This document shows positions 37,026-48,931 of a stretch of 64,000 bases of DNA, in pieces. The notes below the pieces were generated by a model. It was not told the DNA's origin and did not search any database. It saw only the letters and a program-made list of their open reading frames with translations. A program made the position numbers and the translations under genes. The stretch is from Alphaproteobacteria bacterium (lineage in GTDB: Bacteria; Pseudomonadota; Alphaproteobacteria; JAJTHO01; CANGYM01), in the NCBI GenBank assembly GCA_044372405.1, contig JBILRW010000001.1, positions 19,260-83,259 of the forward strand, read 5' to 3'. Position 1 is the first letter of the stretch; the number at the start of each line of letters is the position of its first letter.

Positions 37026-37654
37026 CGTTTTGATCCAAAAAAGGCGCAGTCGTCACGAATCAGGCAACGCTGACAAAGGGGCGTTCTGGCTTTACAGGTA
37101 TACCGACCGTGAAGAATCAGCCAATGATGGGCATTTTTCTTGTATGACTCGGGTATAACTTTTAAAAGTATGTCCTCAACAGACTGGGGATTTCTCCCTG
37201 GGGCCAATCCCGTGCGCTGGCAAACCCGAAAAATATGGGTGTCCACAGCAATGGTGGGCTGGCCAAAGGCTGTATTCAAAATAACGTTGGCGGTTTTTCG
37301 TCCCACACCGGGGAGGCCCTCCAGGGCTTCCCGGTGATCAGGGACTTGTCCCTGATATTGCTCGCATAAAAGGTGACATGTTTGCAAAAGATGTTTGGTC
37401 TTGCTGCGAAACAGTCCCAGCGTTTTTAAAAACGAGGTCAGCGTCTCTTCTCCCAGAGCCAAAATAGCCTCCGGCGTGTTAGCCGCAGCAAACAGGGGCT
37501 TTGTGACGATGTTGACCTGCTTATCGGTGCTTTGGGCTGACAGCATAACAGCCACCAGCAGGGTAAACGGCGAATCATAAACAAGTTCAGTCTTGGGATC
37601 AGGACAGGATATTTGAAAACGCTCAAAAATCCTGCCAATGGCCTCAGGCGTCAT
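37013..37654 (-). CDS. nth: Endonuclease III
   Basis: HhH-GPD fold (LPGVGRKTANV) and the C-terminal 4Fe-4S cluster loop (CKARTPLCQRC). Confidence 0.9.
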   Translation of the reverse strand: MTPEAIGRIFERFQISCPDPKTELVYDSPFTLLVAVMLSAQSTDKQVNIVTKPLFAAANTPEAILALGEETLTSFLKTLGLFRSKTKHLLQTCHLLCEQYQGQVPDHREALEGLPGVGRKTANVILNTAFGQPTIAVDTHIFRVCQRTGLAPGRNPQSVEDILLKVIPESYKKNAHHWLILHGRYTCKARTPLCQRCLIRDDCAFFGSKRQEP

Positions 37655-37656
37655 AA

Positions 37657-38799
37657 TTAAACGGCGAGCAGAAGGCGCTCGGGATCCTCCAGGATTTCTT
37701 TGATTTTGACCAGGAAGGTGACGGCTTCTTTGCCGTCAATAATGCGGTGATCATAGGACAGGGCCACATACATCATGGGGCGAATAACAATCTGGTTATT
37801 CACCACCACCGGGCGTTGTTCTACCTTGTGAAGGCCCAAAATACCGGATTGTGGTGTATTCAAAATGGGGGTGGATAGTAAAGATCCATAAACACCACCA
37901 TTGGTGATGGTAAAGGTTCCCCCGCTCATGTCGTCGATGGACAGCTTACCATTACGGGCTTTGAGGGCCAAGTCGGCAATGGTTTTTTCAATGCCGTCCA
38001 GGCTGAGGGCATCTGCATCCCGCACCACAGGGACCACCAGGCCCGCATCGGTGCCCACGGCAACCCCAATATCATAGTGGTTTTTGTAAATAATTTCATC
38101 GCCCTCAATCTGGGCATTGACGGAAGGGATGTCTTGCAGGGCAGCAATGGCGGCCTTGACGAAAAAGCCCATAAACCCAAGCTTAATGCCGTGTTTCTTT
38201 TCAAAAACATCCTTATGACGGGCGCGTAGGTCCATGACTCGGGTCATGTCAATTTCGTTAAAGGTGGTCAGTATGGCTGCGGTATTTTGGGCTTCCTTCA
38301 GGCGTTCGGCAATGCGAGCGCGAAGGCGGGTCATGCGACGGCGCTCTTCCCGGGGGGCCGATGGCGTGGCAGCCGCAGAAGGCTGGGCCAAGTGGGCCAA
38401 AACATCGGATTTTAAAATTTGGTTGTTTTTCCCTGTTCCCGATACATTGGCAGGGGAGAGGTTGTTTTCCGCCATGATTTTTGCGGGGGCAGGGGGAACA
38501 GCGGGGGCAGGGGATGGGGAAACGGCGGGGGTGGCGGCTGTTTTGGGGGGGCTGGCAGTGGCACCGGCCTCAATGGTGCCCAGGGTGGCTCCAATGGCCA
38601 CGGTATCACCAGCTTTAAAGACGCAGGAGGATAAAACACCCGCCGCAGGGGCAAAAACCTCAACGGTCACCTTGTCGGTTTCCAGCTCGGCCAGGGCTTC
38701 GTCCAGGGCAACGGCATCACCAACATTCTTAAACCACTTAGCGATGGTTGCTTCGGTAATGGATTCGCCGAGGGCAGGAACAACAACAGGGGTCGTCAT
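37657..38799 (-). CDS. sucB: 2-oxoglutarate dehydrogenase E2 (dihydrolipoyllysine succinyltransferase), single lipoyl domain
   Basis: Lipoyl motif ETDKV, an Ala/Pro linker, and the catalytic motif SYDHRIIDG. Confidence 0.9.
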   Translation of the reverse strand: MTTPVVVPALGESITEATIAKWFKNVGDAVALDEALAELETDKVTVEVFAPAAGVLSSCVFKAGDTVAIGATLGTIEAGATASPPKTAATPAVSPSPAPAVPPAPAKIMAENNLSPANVSGTGKNNQILKSDVLAHLAQPSAAATPSAPREERRRMTRLRARIAERLKEAQNTAAILTTFNEIDMTRVMDLRARHKDVFEKKHGIKLGFMGFFVKAAIAALQDIPSVNAQIEGDEIIYKNHYDIGVAVGTDAGLVVPVVRDADALSLDGIEKTIADLALKARNGKLSIDDMSGGTFTITNGGVYGSLLSTPILNTPQSGILGLHKVEQRPVVVNNQIVIRPMMYVALSYDHRIIDGKEAVTFLVKIKEILEDPERLLLAV

Positions 38800-38811
38800 A
38801 ATGGTGTATCC

Positions 38812-39759
38812 TTAGTTACTGAGGGCACGAATCATCGCAGAAAAAAGCATCTTGTCAAGAACCAGAGCCGTGAATAAAGCAAACAAATAAAGCAAGGAGT
38901 ACCCAAACAAACGACGGGCGGCTTTGTTTTGCTCCTCAAGATTGGTGGTGATTAAAGGATGGGCCAAGGATAAAAAACGAAGGCCGAGAAGTAAGGCGAT
39001 GGCGCCGTATCCCCAGGAAACGTATCCCAGTAAGGCAGGCATCAACGAAATACCAGTTAGCAGAATAGTATAAACAATAATGTGGGTCACTGTAGAGGGT
39101 CTTCCCTTGACCACAGGCAGCATAGGAACGCCAACACGGGCATAATCATCGGCCCGATAAAGAGAAAGCGCCCAAAAATGGGGCGGTGTCCAGAAAAAGA
39201 CAATTAAAAATAAAGACCAGGGCAATAGGCTATCCACGTTTCCCATGAGTGCCGCCCACAAAATCACGGGGGGAAGGGCCCCTGCCGCGCCGCCAATCAC
39301 AATGTTTTGGCTGGTGGAGCGTTTTAAAACAACAGTGTAAAGACCGGCATAAAAAACAATCGAAAAGGCCAACCACAGGGCCCCGTACCATCCCACAGAC
39401 AGCCCCATCAGGCCCACAGAAAAAAACGCCAGACTGACTGAAAAAAAGAGGGCATCATCAAGGTGAACTTTGCCCGAGGGAATGGGGCGCTCCGCCGTTC
39501 GTTGCATTTGCGCATCAATATCGCGGTCATACCACATATTAAAAGCTCCCGCCGCGCCGCTGCCCAAGGCAATGCAAAAAAGGGCCATAAGACAAGAAAA
39601 GAGATCAACCTCACTTAAAAACGGTACTGTGCAAACCGCTGTAAAAACAACAAGCTGAATGACCCTGGGCTTTAACAGCTGGCCGTAAGGAGAAAGCGTG
39701 GCCAGGGAAAGGCGGAGCTCGGTAAAAAATGGATTTTGCGTGGTTTTCAGGGTAATCAT
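38812..39759 (-). CDS. ctaB: Protoheme IX farnesyltransferase (heme O synthase)
   Basis: UbiA-family motifs (NMWYDRDID). The start is taken at the internal ATG MITLKTT. Confidence 0.8.
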   Translation of the reverse strand: MITLKTTQNPFFTELRLSLATLSPYGQLLKPRVIQLVVFTAVCTVPFLSEVDLFSCLMALFCIALGSGAAGAFNMWYDRDIDAQMQRTAERPIPSGKVHLDDALFFSVSLAFFSVGLMGLSVGWYGALWLAFSIVFYAGLYTVVLKRSTSQNIVIGGAAGALPPVILWAALMGNVDSLLPWSLFLIVFFWTPPHFWALSLYRADDYARVGVPMLPVVKGRPSTVTHIIVYTILLTGISLMPALLGYVSWGYGAIALLLGLRFLSLAHPLITTNLEEQNKAARRLFGYSLLYLFALFTALVLDKMLFSAMIRALSN

Positions 39760-40148
39760 ACGGGCAAAATTCCCAAAAGCGATGCGACGCCTAAAACAAT
39801 AGCCGCAGTGATGCATACAATAGAGACCATAAACGGTACCATTCTTCGGGAGGGCTGAGAAGAGGTGTACCCTAAAACATAAAAGAGACGCGCGGCAAAC
39901 CAAAACCATCCCAAAGCAGCTGCGGCGAAGCCCTGGCCCTGTCCAGACAAAATCCATAAAAGCGGCAAAAAAACAACGGAGGATTCGATGGTGTTTTGCT
40001 GGGCACGAAAAATAGCCTCAAACCGGGGGTGGCCACGCGTTTCAGGAGGAATAACACCGAATTTATGGCGGGCGCGCCCCACCCAAAAAGCCAAAGCGAT
40101 GATAAACGCGCAGGTGAGAAGCGTGATGAGTGTGGGATGAAAGGGCAT
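39756..40148 (-). CDS. MAPEG-family membrane protein
   Basis: 130 aa with four TM helices and MAPEG-like spacing of conserved residues (RARHKFG ... FVLGY). It overlaps ctaB by 4 nt. Confidence 0.5.
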   Translation of the reverse strand: MPFHPTLITLLTCAFIIALAFWVGRARHKFGVIPPETRGHPRFEAIFRAQQNTIESSVVFLPLLWILSGQGQGFAAAALGWFWFAARLFYVLGYTSSQPSRRMVPFMVSIVCITAAIVLGVASLLGILPV

Positions 40149-40157
40149 AAGAAACCT

Positions 40158-41762
<1,605 letters not shown>

Positions 41763-42569
41763 TTAAAGGGGTTTTGAGGAGAGTTTTTCAGTCACTTTGC
41801 CGCCTTTTTCTTTGATCCAGGCGTCAAAGGCAGCGGGTGAAACGGCCTTAATAGCAATGGGCATAAAGGCGTGACCGACACCGCAGATTTCTGAGCACTG
41901 GCCGTAGTACATGCCCTCTTTTTCAATCAACGTCCAGGTTTCATTCAGACGGCCGGGAACGGTATCAGTTTTCACGGCCAAAGACGGCATGGCCCAGCTG
42001 TGAATGACATCCGCAGATGTTAAAATGAACTTTATTTTGGTACCCACGGGCAAAACCAAGGGGTTATCCACATCCAAAAGGCGTTTTTGCCCGGGTTTTA
42101 AGTCTTTTTCTTCAATCATGTAAGAATCAAACGTAAACCCCCCATGATCAGGGTAACCGTATTGCCAGTACCATTGATGACCTGTGACTTTAACGGTAAA
42201 GGCCGCGTCAGGGGCAACATCCGTAAAATAAAGGAGCCGCATAGACGGGACGATAATCGCCACCAAAATCAGGACAGGAATGCCAGTCCAAATCACTTCC
42301 AGTAAGGTATTATGGGATGTTTTTGACGGAACGGGGTTTTTAGAGGCCCTAAAACGAAACGTGACATAAACCAACAAAAGCAAAACAAAAATCGCAATGG
42401 CAAAAATAAGATAGGTCATGGCCCCATGAAACTCATGAACACGATGGGCAACAGGCGATAAAGGGGGCTGAAAAGACAGGCCCCAGGGTTGAGGTTCAGC
42501 AGAAAAAGAAGGGGTTGGCCCAAAACCTATTAAGCTCAAGATAAAAACAAGAAGACAACGCATGGACAA
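41763..42569 (-). CDS. ctaC: Cytochrome c oxidase subunit II
   Basis: CuA site HSWAMPSL...CSEICGVGH. Confidence 0.9.
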   Translation of the reverse strand: MSMRCLLVFILSLIGFGPTPSFSAEPQPWGLSFQPPLSPVAHRVHEFHGAMTYLIFAIAIFVLLLLVYVTFRFRASKNPVPSKTSHNTLLEVIWTGIPVLILVAIIVPSMRLLYFTDVAPDAAFTVKVTGHQWYWQYGYPDHGGFTFDSYMIEEKDLKPGQKRLLDVDNPLVLPVGTKIKFILTSADVIHSWAMPSLAVKTDTVPGRLNETWTLIEKEGMYYGQCSEICGVGHAFMPIAIKAVSPAAFDAWIKEKGGKVTEKLSSKPL

Positions 42570-42655
42570 GGAATCTCCTTAATCACGACAGGGGCAAGGG
42601 GACCTGAAATCCTCTTTATTGTTGTAACGGCAGGCCATTTAGGGCGCAAGCCTTT

Positions 42656-43231
42656 TTATTTCAATGACTTTTTCTTTGTCGAGGGATCCGTCAAGGACAG
42701 CTTAATGATTTTATCAGGTTGGCTAACGGCACCATTATTAAAGGGATCACCTTTTTTAATGGTATCAACAAAATTCATGCCGTCTACAACTTCACCCCAC
42801 ACAGTGTATTGACCGTCAAGGTGGGGGGCCGGTGCCAGAACGATAAAAAACTGGCTGTCGGCACTGTCGGGACTCATGGCGCGCGCCATGGAAACGGTGC
42901 CACGCAAATGAGGCGCACTGGAAAATTCCGCCGCTAAATTTTGTCCCGAACCCCCTGTGCCGTCGCCTTTGGGATCCCCTGTTTGGGCCATAAAGCCCTC
43001 AATAACACGGTGAAAGATCAGGCCGTCATAAAAACCTTTGGCGGTTAATTCTTTGATGCGGGCCACGTGATGGGGGGCCAGATCCGGACGCAGACGGATT
43101 TTAACAACCCCGTCCTTAAGTTGCATATAAACAAATTCCTGGCCTTGGGGAGACGCTTTAGGGGTTTCGGCCGATGCTTTGGTCACAAAAAAAGCTCCAC
43201 ATAAAAACAAACAAAAAAGAAAAAAGCGCAT
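42656..43231 (-). CDS. ppiA: Periplasmic peptidyl-prolyl cis-trans isomerase (cyclophilin type)
   Basis: A signal peptide and FHRVIEGFMAQTGDP. Confidence 0.85.
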   Translation of the reverse strand: MRFFLFCLFLCGAFFVTKASAETPKASPQGQEFVYMQLKDGVVKIRLRPDLAPHHVARIKELTAKGFYDGLIFHRVIEGFMAQTGDPKGDGTGGSGQNLAAEFSSAPHLRGTVSMARAMSPDSADSQFFIVLAPAPHLDGQYTVWGEVVDGMNFVDTIKKGDPFNNGAVSQPDKIIKLSLTDPSTKKKSLK

Positions 43232-43247
43232 CGCGGTCGACCCTCTA

Positions 43248-43865
43248 TTAGGCTTTGGAATAGAACTCCACCACTAGGCTGGGCTCCATCCGTACAGGAT
43301 AAGGAACATCGGCCAGTTTCGGCGCGGCCACAAAACGACAGGAACAGGTGGTTTTGTTGACCTCTAAATAGCTGGGAACATCGCGTTCCGTATTTTGCAG
43401 GGCCTCAAGAATGCGGATGTTTTCGCGGCGACTCTCACGGATGGCAATCACATCGCCCTCCTGAACTTGGTAGGAGGCAATGTTGACAACCTTACCATTC
43501 ACCGTGACGTGTTTGTGGCTGACCAGCTGCCGGGCGGCAAAGATCGTTACGGCAAAACAGGCGCGGTAAACAACAGCGTCCAAGCGGCTTTCCAGCAAAC
43601 CAATCAGATTTTCGCTGGTGTCACCCTTGCGGCGGACGGCTTCGTCAAACAAACGGCGGAATTGGCGCTCGTTAATGCGACCGTAATAGCCTTTCAGCTT
43701 TTGTTTGGCCATCAGCTGGATACCGTAATCGGTGGGCTTGCTGCGGCGCTGTCCGTGTTGGCCAGGACCATAGGCACGGGCGTTAAAGGGGCTTTTGGGG
43801 CGTCCCCATAAATTAATGCCCAAACGGCGGTCGATTTTGTACTTTGTCGTGACAATTTTTGTCAT
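43248..43865 (-). CDS. rpsD: 30S ribosomal protein S4
   Basis: 205 aa with a typical S4 N-terminus and an S4 RNA-binding domain. Confidence 0.9.
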   Translation of the reverse strand: MTKIVTTKYKIDRRLGINLWGRPKSPFNARAYGPGQHGQRRSKPTDYGIQLMAKQKLKGYYGRINERQFRRLFDEAVRRKGDTSENLIGLLESRLDAVVYRACFAVTIFAARQLVSHKHVTVNGKVVNIASYQVQEGDVIAIRESRRENIRILEALQNTERDVPSYLEVNKTTCSCRFVAAPKLADVPYPVRMEPSLVVEFYSKA

Positions 43866-43917
43866 GCGCGCGCATCCTAAAAAGTTAAAACAAGGAAAGC
43901 ACTATAAAACCTGGGTT

Positions 43918-44649
43918 CTATTTGTCAAATGCTTTTCCATCCCCTTTTCCATCCCCCATCAACAATGACCGAAACACCCCGTGCAGCGTCTGAAGTTCCT
44001 GATACGAAAACTGGCCGCGCATCAGCATGGTACGGAGATTCCGGATCATAATCCCCCGTTTTTCGGGGACGTGGAGGAATCCCGTTTGGGTCAAAACGGC
44101 CTCCCACGTTTCAAAAAAATAAACCCAATCTTTTTTGGGGGCGGGGGTGTGGGGATTTTCCGGGGGGGCAGGGGGGATGTTCCGAAGACCCCATAGCGCA
44201 TAAGCAAATACAAAAACAGCCTGGGCCAGATTCAGCGACGCAAACGCGGGATTTAAATCCAGTGTCACCGTGGCATCGGCCAGGGCCACATCATCGTTGG
44301 TCAGGCCGGCCTTTTCCGGGCCAAACATCAGGCCCACGGGGTGATTTTGGGCTTTGGCGGTAAGAATTTCGCACGCTTCCTGCTGGCTAAGGGACGGTTT
44401 TGCCAGCGTGCGCGGGCGGGCGGTGGTGGCGATGACGTAGGAAAGATCGGCCAGGGCGTCCTCCAGCGTTGGAAAAACGGAAACGGAAACGTAGTCTATG
44501 CCGCCGGCGCTGGCGCTTTGGGCGGCTTCGCTGGGCCATCCATCCCGGGGGGCCACCAGGCGCAGATATGTTAAACCGCAGTTGACCATAGCCCGTATGG
44601 CCATGCCGATGTTTTCGCCCATTTGGGGGCGCACCAGAATGATAGTCAT
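43918..44649 (-). CDS. SpoU/TrmJ-family tRNA/rRNA 2'-O-methyltransferase
   Basis: MTIILVRPQMGENIGMAIRAMVNCGL... (the TrmJ N-terminal motif). The start is taken at the internal ATG. Confidence 0.7.
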   Translation of the reverse strand: MTIILVRPQMGENIGMAIRAMVNCGLTYLRLVAPRDGWPSEAAQSASAGGIDYVSVSVFPTLEDALADLSYVIATTARPRTLAKPSLSQQEACEILTAKAQNHPVGLMFGPEKAGLTNDDVALADATVTLDLNPAFASLNLAQAVFVFAYALWGLRNIPPAPPENPHTPAPKKDWVYFFETWEAVLTQTGFLHVPEKRGIMIRNLRTMLMRGQFSYQELQTLHGVFRSLLMGDGKGDGKAFDK

Positions 44650-44707
44650 ATTCGGCGTGAGCAGGGCAGGGGACAAGAGGGAGGACGTACCGGCCATGGG
44701 CTCTATG

Positions 44708-45193
44708 TTAATGAGCAGCGTTGGCGGCGAGGTTTTTGCGAATCTGGTCTTCCCAGCGGTCGCCATTATCCAGGAGTTTTTCTTTGGTATAATAAAGCTC
44801 TTCCCGGGCTTCCACGGCGAATTCAAAGTTTGGCCCCTCAACAATGGCATCCACGGGACAGGCTTCCTGGCAAAAGCCGCAGTAAATGCATTTGGTCATG
44901 TCAATGTCATAGCGCGTGGTGCGGCGGCTGCCGTCGGGGCGGGGTTCGGCCTCAATGGTGATGGCCTGGGCGGGGCAGACGGCCTCGCACAGTTTGCAGG
45001 CGATGCAGCGTTCTTCACCGTTTTCATAGCGGCGCAGGGCGTGCTCGCCCCGGAAACGGGGGCTTAAGGGCCCCTTTTCGTTGGGATAGCTCAGCGTCAC
45101 CTTGGGCTTAAAGAAATAAGACAGGGACAGGGCCATACCCTGAACCAGTTCCCATAAAAACCATGTGCGTGCTGTGCGGTGAAGGAGAGACAT
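44708..45193 (-). CDS. nuoI: NADH-quinone oxidoreductase subunit I (2x[4Fe-4S])
   Basis: Almost diagnostic NuoI sequence ([26 protein letters not shown]; two CxxCxxCxxxCP motifs). There are no adjacent nuo genes. Confidence 0.85.
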   Translation of the reverse strand: MSLLHRTARTWFLWELVQGMALSLSYFFKPKVTLSYPNEKGPLSPRFRGEHALRRYENGEERCIACKLCEAVCPAQAITIEAEPRPDGSRRTTRYDIDMTKCIYCGFCQEACPVDAIVEGPNFEFAVEAREELYYTKEKLLDNGDRWEDQIRKNLAANAAH

Positions 45194-45361
45194 AATCGAC
45201 TTTACAATGCCATGACAGAAAACATATAGTCTATTTCTTTTCAGGTACGCAAGCCCTTATGGACCCCAACCTTCACACACGACGTAAAAATCGGGCCGTT
45301 TTGATTCTTTTGATTTTTGTTATTGTATTGTTTTATTTTATGACGCTGCATCGGATGAGTC

Positions 45362-45910
45362 ATGGGACCTAAGCATTCTAGAACGGTGGGGCCCCTTGTG
45401 GCTTTGGTGGTGGTCATGGTGGGCCTGACCTTTGCCTCGGCCCCCCTTTACCGTTTGTTTTGTCAGGTGACGGGATTTGCGGGGACACCCAAAATCGGGG
45501 GCCAGCCGTCCTTTACCGAAACAGACGTTGCTCAAGACAAAAGTCGTGCCCTGACCATTCAATTTAATGCCGATGTCAGCCCCGATTTATCCTGGCAATT
45601 CCATCCGGATCAACGCGGTATATCTGTTCATGTGGGGCGTCCGTTTTTGATTTATTATGATGCTAAAAATATCGGGGATCGCCCCATAACAGGGACAGCG
45701 ACGTTTAATGTCACCCCCTTAAAAGTCGCGAAATACTTTCACAAAGTAGAATGTTTTTGTTTTAAAGAACAAATGATCAATCCCGGGGCGTCAAAAAAAT
45801 TTCCTGTGAGTTTTTATGTGGATCCCGCCCTGTTAAAAGATTCTTTTATGGATGATCTCACCACCATCACATTGTCCTATACCTTTTTTGAGAAAAAAAA
45901 GGGTTCATGA
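45362..45910 (+). CDS. ctaG: Cytochrome c oxidase assembly protein CtaG/Cox11
   Basis: An N-terminal TM helix and the CFCF copper-binding motif. Confidence 0.85.
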   Translation: MGPKHSRTVGPLVALVVVMVGLTFASAPLYRLFCQVTGFAGTPKIGGQPSFTETDVAQDKSRALTIQFNADVSPDLSWQFHPDQRGISVHVGRPFLIYYDAKNIGDRPITGTATFNVTPLKVAKYFHKVECFCFKEQMINPGASKKFPVSFYVDPALLKDSFMDDLTTITLSYTFFEKKKGS

Positions 45911-46380
45911 TGTCGGGTTACGTTTTGGCAACGCCCTTGGGACCCCTCAGTCTTCATTGGAATGCCGTTGGGTTTTCTAGGATTTTTTTTGATGATGCGC
46001 TTTCTATCAGCCCTGAAAGTCTCCCACTGGACAACGACGATCAAGCCCTTTGGCTTCAAAAGTTACAGAATTTTTTGACCGGGCAGGGTCCCTGGCCAAA
46101 ATTGCCCTATAGCCTGCCCCAGGCGACATCGCTGCAACACCAGGTTTGGCGAGCTTTGACCACGATTCCGGCGGGCCAGACGCGAACGTACGGCGAAGTG
46201 GCGGCCATGATTGGCTATGGCCATGCGGTGCGGGCGGTGGCCCAGGCGTGCGCGGCGAACCCCTGCGCTGTCGTGGTGCCCTGTCATCGGGTGGTGCCCC
46301 GGGCCGGGGGCGTTGGGGGCTATCGCTGGGGAGAGCATCGGAAAAAGGGCCTTTTGGCCCTGGAAAGTGTTGTTTTTTAG
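45907..46380 (+). CDS. ogt: Methylated-DNA--protein-cysteine methyltransferase
   Basis: The active site PCHRVV and a TYGEVA helix. Confidence 0.85.
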   Translation: MMSGYVLATPLGPLSLHWNAVGFSRIFFDDALSISPESLPLDNDDQALWLQKLQNFLTGQGPWPKLPYSLPQATSLQHQVWRALTTIPAGQTRTYGEVAAMIGYGHAVRAVAQACAANPCAVVVPCHRVVPRAGGVGGYRWGEHRKKGLLALESVVF

Positions 46381-46384
46381 AGGT

Positions 46385-47170
46385 TTAGACCAACTCCCCC
46401 TCCCGCGCGATAATCCCCTCAACCTCCGCCACATCCCCGGGATGATCGATGGAGGCATGGGTTCGACCCCGGTAGTCCACCAAAACCACCTGAATGGGCA
46501 CGCCGGTTTCCAGCAGGCGCAGCTGTTCCAGCTGTTCCACCTGTTCCAGCGGCGTGGGGGGCGTTTCCAGCCAGGCTTTCAGGGCGCCTCGGCTGTATCC
46601 ATAAAGTCCAATGTGGCGATACACAGGCAAATCCCCAGAGGTTGGCACCGTGCGTAAAAAGGGAATGATCTGTTTGGAAAAATAAAGGGCGCGATGGTTT
46701 TGATCAAAGATCACCAGCGTCCCGCTGCTGGGCTTTGTTTTTTTGCTGTCTTGCAGGGCCTGGTACTGGGCCGTATTCAACTGAACGGCCGGCGTCACCA
46801 CGGGATAGGTCCCCAATTGATCCACCAGGGCCTGCATCACCCAGGGCGGCGTTAACACCGCATCCCCCTGAACATTCAGGGCGGAATCTACGGCAATGCC
46901 TTGGCTTTCCAGTGTTTTCAGGCCGGCCTCTACCCGCGCTGTGCCGTTTTCACAGGCGGGATCCGTCATGACCACCTGGCCCCCAAAGGCCCGCACGTGA
47001 TCCGCAATTCGCTCATCATCCGTGGCCACAACGCAATGCTGAACACCCGTGACCTGGGTGGCGCTGCGCCAGACGCGCTGAATCATGCTGACGCCGGCCA
47101 CGGGCACCAGGGGCTTTCCCGGGAATCGCTGGGATCCATAGCGGGCGGGAATGACAATGGCTTTAATCAT
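46385..47170 (-). CDS. kdsB: 3-deoxy-manno-octulosonate cytidylyltransferase
   Basis: [21 protein letters not shown].... Confidence 0.85.
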   Translation of the reverse strand: MIKAIVIPARYGSQRFPGKPLVPVAGVSMIQRVWRSATQVTGVQHCVVATDDERIADHVRAFGGQVVMTDPACENGTARVEAGLKTLESQGIAVDSALNVQGDAVLTPPWVMQALVDQLGTYPVVTPAVQLNTAQYQALQDSKKTKPSSGTLVIFDQNHRALYFSKQIIPFLRTVPTSGDLPVYRHIGLYGYSRGALKAWLETPPTPLEQVEQLEQLRLLETGVPIQVVLVDYRGRTHASIDHPGDVAEVEGIIAREGELV

Positions 47171-48739
47171 GGGGCAAAACCTCCGTAAGAACACAATTGT
47201 TAAAAATATCCAGGGCCTGGCGCAAGAGAGGATCGTCTTTCAGGCTTTCCCGTTGATCCAGGGCCTGATGCTGATAACGCTGGGCCAGCGTGGGGGCGGC
47301 TTCGGCGGTATCCTCGGTGATTATAACCTCCCACTCTGGCCCGCAAAGTTGGGCCACCAGGGATCGTAATGTGGGCAAAAGAGACTTTTGTTTGGTGTTT
47401 TTTAAGCTGACCCCCATTTTTCCCTGCCCATAATCGGTGATCACCCAATCATTCAGCAGCGCATCGGCCAAAAGGCCCTCTTTCCGGTCCCGTACAGCCG
47501 TGACAAAGGCATCAACATCCGGTGGCGGCGTTGGTTTTGGGGGACGAACAGGCGCGGGAGGGGGTGATAAAAACCCTATGAGGTCATCAGAACTTTTTTT
47601 TTTGAGTCTTCGGAAACCTCGGGGGCGCTCAGAACCTGAGAAACATAGCCCAGCCGGATAATCAGCATTTCCATGGCGCGTTCGGGATGGGGGCTCAGCG
47701 AGAGCTCACTTTGACCCTTTAGCAAAATTTGCCAGGCGCGGGTGAGGGTGGGCACCGACAGGCGTGGGCCGAAGGTTTCAAAAAAGGTGGCTTCTTGCTC
47801 GCTCATAACCTCCGCCTGGCGACAGGTGGCGCGGGAAAGTAAATGAACCAGACGCAGCATTTCCTCCAGCAACATCAGGGGGTCCATCCCTTTGGCATAA
47901 AGCCCCGCAAAGGCATCCAGGGCATCAGGCACCTCGCCCGCAAACAAGTGCCCCATCAAATTCAGCAGCGGCTGCGCATCGCACAGGCCCAGCATGTTTG
48001 TGACGAGATCCTCAGAAACACCGGCACTATCGGCCATGGCGATGGCCTGATCCAGCAAAGACAGACTGTCCCGCACGGACCCTTCCGCCGCATGGGCCAA
48101 CATCTGACTGGCCGAATCTGTGAGCGGGATCTCTTCTCTACCGGCAATGGTCTGTAAAAAGGGGGAAAGCACAGAAACGGGAACACGGGGCAAATCAATA
48201 CGTTGACAGCGGGACCGCACCGTCACGGGAATTTTATGCACATCCGTGGTGGCAAAAATAAACAAAACGCTGGGGGGCGGCTCTTCCAGGGTTTTCAGCA
48301 GCGCATTAAACGCATTGCGGGTGAGCATATGCACCTCATCCACAATATAAACCTTGGTCCGGCTGCGCATGGGGCGGTATTTGACGCTGTCAATCAGTTC
48401 CCGAATGTCATCCACGGACGTCCGACTGGCGGCATCCATTTCCAGGACATCCAGATGTTTATCGGCCAAAATATCCCGGCAATGCTCGCAAACCCCGCAC
48501 GGTTCCAGGGCGGGTTCGGTTCCCTGTCCATCGGGTCCAACACAGTTGACCGCCCGGGCCAAAATCCGCGCTGTTGTGGTTTTTCCCACCCCCCGAACGC
48601 CGGTTAATAAGACAGCGTGGGGAATCCGTTTTAACCGAATGGCATTTTGCAACAGGGTGACCAAAGCATCCTGTCCCACCAGATCGGCAAAAATCTGGGG
48701 CCGGTATTTTCGGGCCAAAACACGGTAAAAAGGTTCCAT
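47163..48739 (-). CDS. dnaX: DNA polymerase III subunits gamma/tau, encoded in two frames joined at an A10 tract (47594-47603)
   Basis: N-terminal ORF 47576-48739 (387 aa, Walker [10 protein letters not shown]) ends 5 codons after A10. The -1 frame then runs open through a Pro-rich linker ([15 protein letters not shown]) to a tau-like C-terminus (...[24 protein letters not shown]) ending at 47163. Confidence 0.7.
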
Positions 48740-48931
48740 ACTGTGCCCATTATGCCATACCTTGCGCCCCAGGCCAAGAAGAGAGTTGTCTCGAAGAGAG
48801 AAGAGAGTTGTCTCGCGCGTTCTTTAAAGCGTGTTCTTAAATCAGCAGGTCCTGCCTTTACAAGTCCTTCATTCTGTGGGACTAAAAGGGAGTCTCTGCC
48901 ACGTTCTAAAAAAAACCAAGGAGCCCCCATC

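Noticed and set aside
38234-38815. 193-aa plus-strand ORF, and the 83-aa ORF at 38412-38663
   Set aside because: They are antisense to the sucB Ala/Pro-rich linker region, and are repetitive and Pro/Ala-rich by mirror effect.
44498-45067. 189-aa plus-strand ORF
   Set aside because: It is antisense to nuoI and the TrmJ-like gene.
47437-47661. 74-aa Gly-rich plus-strand ORF
   Set aside because: It is the mirror image of the Pro-rich dnaX tau linker on the opposite strand.
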